Positions 38,262 through 49,655 of a stretch of DNA of 64,000 bases are shown in pieces; position 1 is the first letter of the stretch, and every line of letters starts with the position of its first letter. The notes under the pieces are model-generated. The model searched no databases, had not been told where the DNA came from, and saw nothing but the letters and a program-made list of their open reading frames with translations. A program made the position numbers and the translations under genes. Origin of the DNA: Octopus bimaculoides (taxonomy: Eukaryota). The DNA lies in assembly GCF_001194135.2 (NCBI RefSeq), contig NC_068982.1:162608778-162672777 (forward strand), given 5' to 3'.

Positions 38262-40074
38262 ATTTGATGCACACTGTATTAAAAATAAAAGCTACTAATA
38301 GTTACTTGCCATTAAGACACATGGTTAAACAGGTTTTTATAACAAGCAATCTTCAGGCTCTGTGTACATGGTTTGTTCTATTTGAAAATCAGGATTCAGG
38401 TCATGAGAAACCACAAAACAAAATGAGAAGGTTGATGCAAAAAGTGGAAAGAGAAGACAAAGAGTAAATAAAAATAGAAAAAGAAAGGAAAGAAAAGAAA
38501 GAAAATTAGGGTTACATCTCCTTTGACTATAGAAGTCATAATTAAACATATGTTCATATTGACCACATAGACCTGGACTTTATCATGCATACAAGAAAAT
38601 CTTGTTTATTAAGAGCTCAGCATGGGTTAAAAAATCTGATACAGGTGAATTGTTCAATGTATCAATGGTATCATACAACAGTGTTGTCATCTGCAACCTT
38701 GTAGGGCTCTTTATATTAAATACACTGAAATCCAAGTTCCCATCCCATGATATTGGCTTATACCGGGATGATGGGTTTTGAGAATATCTCATGGCTTTGA
38801 TGATCATTGTCTCAATAAATTTAGGAAAAAAACTAATTCACACCTTTAGTCAACTAGGCCTCAAAATCACTGTCGCCACTAATCTGTGCAAAGTCAATTT
38901 TTTAAATGTTTCCCTGCTTTTATAAATCCTACTATAAACCAAATAAGGTCTCCTATATACAGAAACAGTCCTGTCACCCCACTATAGTGTTTAAAAACAG
39001 ATAGCTAACATCAGTAATAGGATATCTAATCTCTCCGCTTCAAAAGAAATATTTGATAAGGCAGCCTTCTACAATAACAATGCCCTAGCTAACAGCATAT
39101 TCAAAGATAAGATATATTACAACCCTTCAGTTAAAAATAGGAAACCTAAAAACAGACCTAGGAAAATAATATGGTTTGCTCCCCCCCACCCTTTCTCCTT
39201 AAATGTTAAAACTAATATAGGCAAAAAATTCCTGGCTCTTTTAGTAAACATTTCACAATGAATCATAAATACAGGAAGACTTTTAATAGATGCTTTATAA
39301 ATATATGCAGCTGCTGTGCCAATATGAAAAACATTATCAATCATGAGCCTCGCCAAGAGCCCACTCTCAGTTGTAATTGTTGAGCCCTCAAAGCTTGCCC
39401 ACTTGACCTGTTGTGTATGATAGACTCTGTCATCTATGAGGCACAAGTCACAACAACATTTCACGATAACATAATGAAAAGAAAAATTACACCAGTGTAA
39501 AGCCACTGAATTGGCTAGTCAAATATGGAGTTTGAAGACCAACTACACACCACATACAAAGTGAAGAATGAATCTAAGAAATGTAATTTACACGTAGCTG
39601 AAAGATTGCACATTCATTTTAGATATAAGAATTACTCCACACTATTTAATTCCACATCCAAAATTTTCAACAAATGCAAGCATATGGTCAAATTTCTGGA
39701 GGACTCCACCCTCTTGAGATTGACCAGCTGCCTCATAGACTTTGGACCCCTCTCCATTGAAATATTCTACAACTAGTTTATTTATTATTTCTATGGTCAA
39801 AGGGGATCTGACTCTAATTTTCTTTATTTCCTTTCTTTTTCCATTTTTACTCACCCTTTGTTTTCACAATCCACTTTTTGCATCAACCCTTGCATTTTTT
39901 TCTCATGGTTTCTCATGTACTAGCGTCCTGATTTCCAGATAGAACAAACCATATGCTCAGAGCCTTAAGACTGCTTAGAAACACAAGGCACATTATAAAA
40001 ATGTGCCTAACCACATGTCTTAAAAAAGCAAGAAACTATTAGTAGCTCTTATTTTAATACAGTTTACATTAAAT
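38262..40074 (+). mobile_element. 5'-truncated Penelope-like retroelement (RT and GIY-YIG remnants) bounded by inverted terminal repeats
   Basis: Frameshifted remnants: AWVKKSDTGELFNVSMVSYNSVVICNLVGLFILNTL...IGLYRDDGF (YRDD at 38761-38772), LGLKITVATNLCKVNFLNV, RKIIWFAPPHPFSLNVKTNIGKKFL, CNC..ACPLD, TELASQIWSLK and KKCNLHVAERLHI...KCKHMVKFL. About 38262-38550 is a diverged reverse complement of about 39775-40074. Confidence 0.88.
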
Positions 40075-40436
40075 AATATTTATCTCTCACTGGATGGAGT
40101 ACATTTTTTTGTTGATTTTACCTTAATGAAACAGTATAGTAGATATATTTGTCCGCCACAACATTCCTCCATGGCAAGATTTAATTTGTGTATACAAATT
40201 TAATTTGCAGTCCATGAGAAGAGCTGTTTTAATGATGCGTCCTGCCTAGCTCTTCGAAACGCCGGTGTTAAAACGGAAGTAGCTGATGAAGTAGAATGTT
40301 CTCTATGTGGCTTGTGTGTTTTCTCGTCTCTGTTTTGTTTGCAATGTCCTGTACCCAGATATGCACCTATACATACAGGTGGATGTCGGTATGCACATAC
40401 CTGTACGTATATATGCATATACTCATTTACTATTTG

Positions 40437-40494
<58 letters not shown>

Positions 40495-40499
40495 CAGCT

Positions 40500-40625
40500 A
40501 GCTTTTTCTGGGTTTCTGTCTACCAAATCCACTCACAACGCCCTGGTCAGCCCAGGATTATAATAGAAGACACTTACCCAAGGCACTGTGCAGTGGGACT
40601 GAACCCATGATTACAAGCAAGCTTT
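40500..40625 (-). mobile_element. SINE family A head fragment
   Basis: gtttctgtctaccaaatccactcacaa...gaagacacttacccaaggc...gtgggactgaaccc. Confidence 0.72.
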
Positions 40626-41974
40626 TTAGTATACCTTACATTAAAAAAAAACTAAGCTTAGCCAATAAAAGCTGTGCATTAAGATTGTATGTATGTATGT
40701 ATGTGTATACACACACACAATGTACATAAGATGTATATACATATACAAATATATATATATATACACACACGTGTGTGTGTGTCTATGCGTGTGTTTATAA
40801 ATATATATATAGAGAGAGAGAGCTGGGGTGGAGACCTTGTCAACAATAATTCAATGTAACAAGTTAATATAAAAGATGACAAATGTCCGTACTTCAACTG
40901 TAGCTATTTACACAAAGATCTTACTTCTTACATATGTCTTTCACAACACATTACCTACATAAGAGAAATATTGTTGTAGTTTCTGTGATAGTAGTAGTAG
41001 TGGTGGTGTTGGTGAAGTTAGTAGCAATAATAGAGGCAGTAATAAAAGAAAGTGCAGTAGCAGCACCAACAACAATTGCAACAGCTAAAAGATTGAAAGT
41101 CACTCTAATAGTATATGTGTGTGACTTGTTATAAAGTAGAATGTAATATATAGAGAGATTATGGTGATAATAGTAGTAGTGATCGTCATTCATCATGATA
41201 TTAAAAGTGAAGTGAGTCACCACCATCCAACCGAAGCAGTAATATAAAAAATCAATAAAACAGTCTTAATTAAATAGTACACCACTACAATAGTCCATGT
41301 AATATGGAACTGAAACATTAGCAATAAAATGGTTTGATTTTACATTTTGACATTTATTGTGAAGACTTTTCAGAGCTAGATATCAAGAGCTATCTAAGAG
41401 TTCTGTTTGGTACAGGTTACATCAGCTGATCATTAAGAGTTAAAAATAATAAGTAGGATTCCAGCTGATGCTAAGAGTCCATCTAATAGCAGCAGTCTTA
41501 TTGGTTCTGAAGAGTTCAGTAAGAAACAGTTACAAAAGCATACATGAACTAATCTTAAAAGCTCTAAACCCTTTGTGACCATATTTTAATGGAATATATT
41601 GCCTGTTTCGTTTAATTTTGAAAACAATAAAAAATTTAGTGGAATTTAGTAAAGTAACTTTTAATCTTTTTTTTTTTTTTTTTTTTGCTGTATTAGGAAA
41701 CCAACTTAATAAAAAAAGTTCTTACAGAAAATTTAGGCAGAATGTTTCACTTTCAGTATAAGCACTTTAAAACAGGTTTTAAATGATTTTTGTGTCAAAG
41801 AAACAAATGCACTTTCAGGTTTGTTGATATCAAAAGGGCAACACCTTGATTATACCATCTTACATGAATAAATGAAAAACATGTCTTTTTGTTTATAGGA
41901 TTTTGAGGCAAAATATTGTTTGCAAGTAAGAAATAGCCATATTTATGCAGAATATAAAAGTTTAATTAATAAAT

Positions 41975-42147
41975 AGGCACAGGAGTGGCTATGTGGTAAG
42001 TAGCTTGCTTACCAACCACATGGTTCTGGGTTCAGTCCCACTGCGTGACACCTTGGGCAAGTGTCTTCTACTATAACCTCGGGCCGACCAAAGCCTTGTG
42101 AGTGGATTTGGTAGACGGAAACTGAAAGAAGCCTGTCGTATATATGT

Positions 42148-42186
<39 letters not shown>

Positions 42187-42678
42187 AAGTGAAGTATATT
42201 GCCACTTAAATGTGGCTGACCCCTAGGGGTGGATGTTACTGTTGCTTTTAGCCCCAGGAGGACATCTCCTCCAGCTGGCTTATCGACACACTTCTGTGTC
42301 CTGTTTGTTTTGCCAAGGGAATTTATCCCTCCCATCGAGATCTGCTACAGATCTCGATGGGAGGGATNNNNNNNNNNNNNNNNNNNNNNNNNNNNNNNNN
42401 NNNNNNNNNNNNNNNNNNNNNNNNNNNNNNNNNNNNNNNNNNNNNNNNNNNNNNNNNNNNNNNNNNNNNNNNNNNNNNNNNNNNNNNNNNNNNNNNNNNN
42501 NNNNNNNNNNNNNNNNNNNNNNNNNNNNNNNNNNNNNNNNNNNNNNNNNNNNNNNNNNNNNNNNNNNNNNNNNNNNNNNNNNNNNNNNNNNNNNNNNNNN
42601 NNNNNNNNNNNNNNNNNNNNNNNNNNNNNNNNNNNNNNNNNNNNNNNNNNNNNNNNNNNNNNNNNNNNNNNNNNNNNN

Positions 42679-42717
<39 letters not shown>

Positions 42718-42927
42718 TTGTGTGTCTGTGTTTGTCCCCCCACCATCGCTTGACAACCGATGCTAGTGTGTTTATGTCCCCGTAACTTAGCGGTTCGGCA
42801 AAAAGAGACCGATAGAATAAGTACTAGGCTTACAAAGAATAAGTCCTGGGGTCGATTTTCTCAACTAAAGGCGGTGCTCCAGCATGGCCACAGTCAAATG
42901 ACTGAAACAAGTAAAAGAGTAAAAGAA
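41975..42927 (+). mobile_element. tRNA-derived SINE family A with internal microsatellite, interrupted by an insertion and a gap
   Basis: Head aggagtggctatgtggtaagtagcttgc...gggttcagtcccactgcg. Tail tgtttgtcccccc...gactgaaacaagtaaaagagtaaaag. Confidence 0.85.
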
Positions 42928-43455
42928 TATATGCGCTGGGGTATATTATGTAATTTTCCTCTCTCATGCACAGACACTATTTATATATAAATATTGACTT
43001 TATAAAAGTCATACTGATTTACTGTCAGTTCAAAATGTTTTTAAATAAATTATTAATATTACAGTATAGGTTGATATATTTTGAGACCCATTTTTAATAA
43101 TCTTATTAGAAGATGAAGCATTACACAAGTAGTCTTTTGAAAAACAAGTAAAAACTTGAGCTTAAGCAATGATTACAGACTCAAGATGTGTTCCACTCAC
43201 TAAATATAGGGTTTAAAATTGGTCTCAAAAAGTTAACCTCAATATATTTTTAAATATAACTGAAATATTTAGAAGCTACAGTACTAAGTAAGGATCTTGC
43301 ATGAACTTGGGAATAACTGCCGTTCATTATTTTACATTCTACTTTATAATTTGTGATACATATAAATATACATAGGAATGAATGCAAAATATATATTATA
43401 TATTATACATTCTCTCTATATATATATATGTGTATATATTGTACATTATATCACC

Positions 43456-44024
43456 GGTCTGGAACCCCTATCTTGCCTAGGATATTAATCATCTGGAAAC
43501 CGTTCAGCAATGTGCAACCAAGAGAATACCCTCCATCAGGCATTTGCCATATTCTGAATGCCTTACTTCCCTGGGTATGGATACAGTGAAACTCCAACGT
43601 CTGGCAACTGACTTGGCAGACACCCATAAAATTATTAACCATCTTACTAACAATAACTCTGAGCATCTTTTCAAATTCCACCTGTCTAACACCTGTGGAC
43701 ATGTTTACAAAGTCAGAAAACAGCACAGCTCCCATGACTTTCGGAAACATTTTTTCACGCTAAGAGTTGCTGAAGCATGGAACAAACTACCAGCATCAGT
43801 TGTTAGTTGTTGGAGCACTGCATCCTTGAAAACTTCCATGCTTCCTGAGATTCGCCAACACTACACCTGAATTTCTGCCCTCCATACACACACAAGCATG
43901 TATCTGACTCATACACTGTTCACTTTCCAGACATTTGTACATTACTGTATATGCTTTATACGCACTTTTGACAAGCTGTAGTGCACCTGAGCACTGTATA
44001 CAATAATTTCATTATTATTATTAT
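43456..44024 (+). mobile_element. CR1-clade LINE 3' end with (ATT)n tail
   Basis: VWNPYLA*DINHLETVQQCATKRIP...RKHFFTLRVAEAWNKLPASVV, a typical CR1 ORF2 C-terminus. The 3'UTR ends in attattatta at 44011-44024. Confidence 0.88.
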
Positions 44025-44786
44025 CATACGAATATATTGCGGAAGTTTCTTTCTGGACAGGAGACTTCAACATTAATTCAGTTCAAGTCATTGTTGGGAA
44101 TAAATACAAAATTAATCTGGTTCAACCTTGGGCCGCACTCTACCAACATGTCCACTTAAGTTACAAATAGGAACCAAATCCCTTTGGTTCAGCTTTAGAC
44201 GACAATTTATCAATAAGTTTACCTATTTTTCAATAATAGGTTCAATGTAGTCTCAGACCACTGCACACTAATCAGTTCACTTAACAGTTAAGGATAAATA
44301 CTCTGCCATTTCAGTTTAATTTCAAACCACAGTCCATTTGTTTTTTGGGGTTTTTTTATCTGCTTTGCCACTGAATCTAAACTCTGGATTTGATTACAAA
44401 CTGTGTGTAATGGCAGGTGTGCACAGACACCATTAAGCATCCACCATCAGATGGGCATCTTCCTTGTCAATTCTTACCAATTTAGTTATAGATTGAATTA
44501 AGATAATAATAATGTAATGGCCTCTGAGATCTGTTTGGAAAAGTAACTCAATAAATTCTATTCAAGTATTTAAGCATCATAGCTATGTATCTAAACAAAG
44601 GAGGAGAGTTGTACAATTGATTTGGTTAATAGACAATGAGAATGAATGGTTCTATATAAGTTCTATCTAACTTTAAAAATCTTTTTTTTTTTTAGACATT
44701 CTCAAATGACATCCAATTGATATAAAATACAAAAGGAGATCAAATGAATAAACAACAAAGATAAAAGGGTCTTTTTGAGGTCTCAC

Positions 44787-45093
44787 CTGGTATTCCTGAT
44801 TTAGACTCATCCATGCTGCTGTTCATATTACTCACTTTGTGAGTGTTGAGCACATCTACGGATTGGCTGGAAGGTATCACATGATCAGGTTGGTTTGAAG
44901 TACAGCTATCTGACATATCAGGTGATATAGGAGTTGAAGCCATCTTAAAGTCTATGGAACTATCATCAGTAATCTCCTCATTGATGTCATTGATATCACC
45001 AGTAATCTTCAGCTTTGGATCCCCATTTACCATAACAAAGTCCTCGCCAGTCGATGAAGATTCCACAGAACTTCGACTCACTGTGTCTTCCAT
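44787..45093 (-). CDS. RABGAP1: RABGAP1/RABGAP1L-like Rab GTPase-activating protein, first coding exon (MEDTVSRSSVESSSTGEDFVMV...GIP)
   Basis: ATG at 45093 in a strong Kozak context (GTCACCATGG), with an in-frame TGA just upstream. Acceptor tttattgtttttctag at 45145 and donor CCAG|GTGAGA at 44786 (phase 1). EDFVMV resembles EDFVLV near the N-terminus of vertebrate RABGAP1. The phase fits the PTB exon at 12886. Confidence 0.85.
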
Positions 45094-45144
45094 GGTGACA
45101 AACCTGGCTCACAGTGGTCGAGCACAAGTGAAAAGCAACTCTAC
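45094..45144 (-). other. RABGAP1: 5'UTR portion of the first coding exon (implies an upstream non-coding exon)
   Basis: Polypyrimidine tract and AG end at 45145, followed by 51 nt containing an in-frame stop before the ATG. Confidence 0.65.
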
Positions 45145-45254
45145 CTAGAAAAACAATAAAAGACACAGAAAATAAACTTTAAAAATCAATTCCAGAAAGA
45201 AAAACAAAATATTTTTAATCATCATTATCATTACCATTTTTACATTCACTTTTC

Positions 45255-45595
45255 CTTGTATGTGCAGATTGCATAGTCTCTTCTTGTGTTCCTTTGTCAG
45301 CAACTTAGCAACATCACTTGTTGTGTTCCTTTGTCATCTCCTTTGTAAAGTTCAACATCCTAAGATCAGCTTTCACAACTTCCCATCTATCATTATCCAT
45401 ATGCATCACATGTCCATACCAATGCAGTCATCTTTTTTGCACACTACATCTCATACCTCTTATACCCAATTTTTCTTTCAGCTCAACTGTGCCTTGTCTT
45501 CCATGTGCACAAACATTGCATATTCAATGAAGCACTTGTTTTATCTCTTTCCATCCTTCACACATACTCTGCATTCACTACCTACATCTAATATT
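45255..45595 (-). mobile_element. RTE-clade LINE 3' relic about 110 bp upstream of the first coding exon acceptor
   Basis: Shares gcatcacatgtccataccaa...cacactacatct...atacctcttat with the RTE relic at 10260-10320. Confidence 0.7.
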
Positions 45596-45716
45596 TGTTA
45601 GACTATTTTACATCCTTTCTAACATGAGTGGAAAGGTTTATTTATTGGAAAAAGTATTCTAATGATTGGATATTCATCCAATCTATTATTATTATTATTA
45701 TTATTATTATTATCAT

Positions 45717-45940
45717 TGGTGACAAGCCGGCAGAATCATTAGCACACCAAAATGCTTAGTGGTATTTCACCTGCTGCTATGTTTTGAGTTCAAATTCCAT
45801 GAAGGTCGACTTTACCTGTCATCCTTTCAGGGTTGATAAATTAAGTACCAGTGAAACACTGGGGACCGATGTAAATGACTAGACCCCTCCTCCAAAATTT
45901 CAGACCTTGTGCCTTTAGGAGAAAGGATTATTATTATTAT
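45717..45940 (+). mobile_element. SINE family C (opposite orientation)
   Basis: ggcagaatcattagc...gagttcaaattcc...gtcgactttacc...aagtaccagt..., ending in (TTA)n. Confidence 0.82.
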
Positions 45941-48825
45941 GTTAAACGATGATGATTATTATTGTACCACAAACATATCTTATTTTCCAGTCTGGTAAAT
46001 GGTAATATTTAAACAATTCTACTTTGTTAGGGCTGACCAATGCACAATCATATACATTGACTTAGTGATTCTTTCATCACTACTTGGGCAAGTACAATAA
46101 AGTTTATTCTTTGTTGATGAGGTCATAATAAGACCAAAATATGCCTGTAGCTGTCTACCATACTTGCTGAAATAATTAAAATATTATTGGTAATTGATTA
46201 ATATTGTTTGCTTGTTGTTTTTTTTCTAACCACATAATTATTTCTAATTAGCTTTTTAATGTTTAATGCACTGAATATTTCAACATCATCCAGTGTGTAC
46301 ATAACTATCAAGAGCTGTTGACATCTTGTATTTTTAGAATTTTAGGTTAATAATTGGTGAGGTGTCACTCTACAACAGATGCAATCCATTTTCGGTTTGA
46401 GTTAACTGCAGTAATTTGAAATGAAGTGCTTTGCCTAAGGATATATAATGCCACCTAGTCCTGGAACCAAATTCACAATCATACAACCAGGAGTCCAACA
46501 ACTTAACCACTGGACCATAGGCATTCACTACTCAATATATCAACACTAACTTAACTAAGTAAATGGGTGTGTTACTCAAGCAGTAGATCTGCTCTTATGA
46601 TCGTAGGATAGTAGTCAAAACACTTTAACTTCAATTATAGTGTCCTTTATCATCATTACTTTGATCTGAAATTGGTGTGTACTTCCATAACACACATACA
46701 TTACATCTACATAAGTAATAATTACAGTATTTCAAGATCAATAAAGATAAAATGTAGTTAAATTTACTATCATAAAATCAATTGTAAATGATTCAATTCT
46801 ATTAAATTTGCTGTAAAAACAATTTCCTTGGTTATTTGAAGTAAGTTAATAGTATGACTGACAATCATGATTATTGGAGAGTGGGCTATGTAATGTGGTT
46901 TTATGAGTTCTTATTGTTGTTTAGTCTCAAATCAACCCTGATCCAACAAACTTATGATCAAAAGCGTTCCAGTCTTGACAATCTTTTCTTTTTTTTCACA
47001 GTGTGTATTATGTTCTTCAATATGCTCTTTCTTTTTAAGATGGTAGGGACTGATCAGAAAGCAATTTGGTTGCTTTTTCTAGCAGCTTCAATAACTAAGT
47101 GGATCAAGAACAGGAAATCTTTTTTAAGAAGCGAGCTGCATTAGACATGGTTCATCATCAGGCAGGCTGCATTACCAAAAAAATGCAAGGTAATTTTTCA
47201 TTCGGCATGCCATTTGAAAGGTCCTGCTTGCTGAAGTTTGCCCACAACTGGTGTAAGCACTGCCTCATCTGAATGGTATGATGTAGTATGGCATCTACCG
47301 TAGTATGAGCACATGGGGTTGTGTTGTGAGTGTAGTGTTGTTTGTGTATGTATTGTTGTGATATTGTGATATGATGTCACTATCAGTGATGCATGTGTGC
47401 GTATGTGCGTTCAGTTGTCTGGTGTGTACTGTGCAATGTTGTATGCTATGGTGTCTGATGCGGTATGAGTGTGGTGTAAAGTATGACATACTGTGGTGGT
47501 ACAGTGTGTGGGATGTTATGTGTGTGATACAGCATGTATGATGTGTGGAGTTGTTATTGTTTAGTTTAGGTTAGCCTGCTTCAGCAGACCATTGATCAAC
47601 AGTTCTAACCATGACCATCCCATTTTTTCGAACATAGCATATCTAGGATGATTTTAACAACACTTGTGAATATTCGGGTCAAGTCTCTGGTCTAAAGATA
47701 ATTTCCTCCTTACTTTCCACTTGCTTCAGCAGCTCTCTAAGTCATCAAAAAATGAGTAGATAAAGGATAGGGTTAACTGAATTGTTTAGCATGGGCTTTA
47801 AGAGTGAGACATAGTAAGAATAGCAGAAACAGGGGAGGTGTAATGCATTAGATGGGTTAACCAGTTAAGAATTTTGTGCTGTATTTATAATCAAGACACA
47901 TAAGTCTGCGATGACCAAGTCTACTTAGGTATTGAAAAGATGGAAAAAATATCTTTTATAAAACACTTGTAGCACTAGAAGTTAATCACCAGTCAGATTT
48001 AAAATTTAAAAATGATATATCAATGGATATTTTGTTTTTCTATCCTAGAGGCTAGAATAATTCAATGTTTCCTTCATTTTTTTAAGACAGTAAGGTACAA
48101 TTTGAATGAAATTCTGATGTTGTTTCTAACAGGCCAAGAAACTACAAAAATTTTCTCCTAGGCTCAATGGAATGTGTTTGTATGACATCTGGAGAAAAGA
48201 ATTTAAAGTTTCAGGCATTATTCCACTTTGTAAATTTTATTAAAAAGGCCATATAGTATATATTTCCTTTTGCAAGAGTCATGGTGGCTGAGTGGTAGAA
48301 TTGTTAATCTTAAAATGAAATCTTCATAGTAAAACAATATTTCTGATGCAACCTAGTTGAAATGTTACCAGTGTTCACTCTCATAGATAAAAACCATCTC
48401 ATTTACTCCACAGCTATTCACATGTATTAAAAGAAATGTAATACAACAAACCAGGTGTTTATTTTTGTTGTTACTGTTAGAAAGAGAAAGGGCAGTGCCT
48501 AAGTTTCCTATATTGGGAAGTCAAGAATAACTGGTTGGTTTGATTATAAAGAAGGCTATTCAAAAATTTAATCCATACAAAATAGACAAATAAAAGTTTT
48601 GTTCTTTTCAATGGTAACATTTAACTCTAATCTCATGTGAGAAACTCCTTTATTTTTTGTATGTGTTTCCCTTTGCTCCAATGAATGAATTTAGCTAAAA
48701 TACTATGCAAACCTATTTTACAATACATCTATTAAAATTACAAACCTGTTTTGCAATACATCCATTAAAATGAAGGATGTCAAATCATTTCTTGAGATAT
48801 ATAAACATGATGTTATACTAATCAA

Positions 48826-49020
48826 AGAGGGAGCTTCTATGTGGTTATTCAACCAGCTAGCAATAGCAGTGAAATCTCTCTCAAATTATCCTTACCATCT
48901 TAAAAAAATAAATAAAACGGACACAATAATGTAGCCTAAGATACACACTGAAAATAAGACAGGGTGGCTTTGATCATAGATCTACTTGATCACAGCTAAT
49001 CTGAGGTTAAACTACGGCAA
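48826..49020 (+). repeat. Family E: old ~200-bp dispersed repeat (SINE-like, no tRNA head seen); representative copy
   Basis: gagggagcttcta...agaaatagcagccaaatctccctc...tcttaaaa...ggataatgtagtcctagatacac...gacctggggctaaacaac pattern. Related copies at about 791-990, 15885-16035, 17281-17480, 23692-23790, 25405-25620, 35566-35662, 46912-47105, 47553-47650, 48040-48140, 50505-50710, 56057-56255, 58281-58470, 60272-60350 and 61785-61945. Confidence 0.75.
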
Positions 49021-49367
49021 TATGTAGAACACATAAAATATAATATTAGTAGAAAACTAAAAGACAAACTAGCAAAATCCAAATTGAAAAATTAAGATAT
49101 TTGAAATAACCTTAGAATTAAAACTTAGCGAAACTGTTGAATAAGTGAATGGCTCTTTCATTAGAAGCAACTTCTATTTTTATCCTTTAGTCTAGAGGAG
49201 TTTATCACAGAAACAAGAGAACAGTTATGAAAGCTCCATTCCTACCATATGTCAATATTCACTGAAGATTCCAGCACATTGGCAGGCTATGTGTGTCTTG
49301 GTCTAAGAAATGTTGTTGCTGTTCCATTTTTGGAATACACACCTACACAACTGTTTAGTTGTGTGTA

Positions 49368-49401
<34 letters not shown>

Positions 49402-49569
49402 CATGCGTGCATGTGCACACGCATGCATGTGTGTCCATGTGTGCATGCATGCATGTGTTACATTATTTGTTTTCTTATTTCTCATCAAAGCATTGAAACT
49501 TTGTCCTGAATTATGTCCACACTAACCAGCTGTATGTAGTCTACTAACTGATACTCCATCAGTTACACC

Positions 49570-49655
49570 AATGAGGGTTCCAATTGATCTGATTAATGCA
49601 AAACCTTGCTCATGTAATTAACATGCAAGTGGATGAGCACTCCACAGACATGAGA
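49570..49655 (-). mobile_element. SINE tail-type-2 fragment
   Basis: gagggttccaattgatc...aattaacatgcaagtggatgagcactccacaga matches 31555-31630. Confidence 0.65.
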
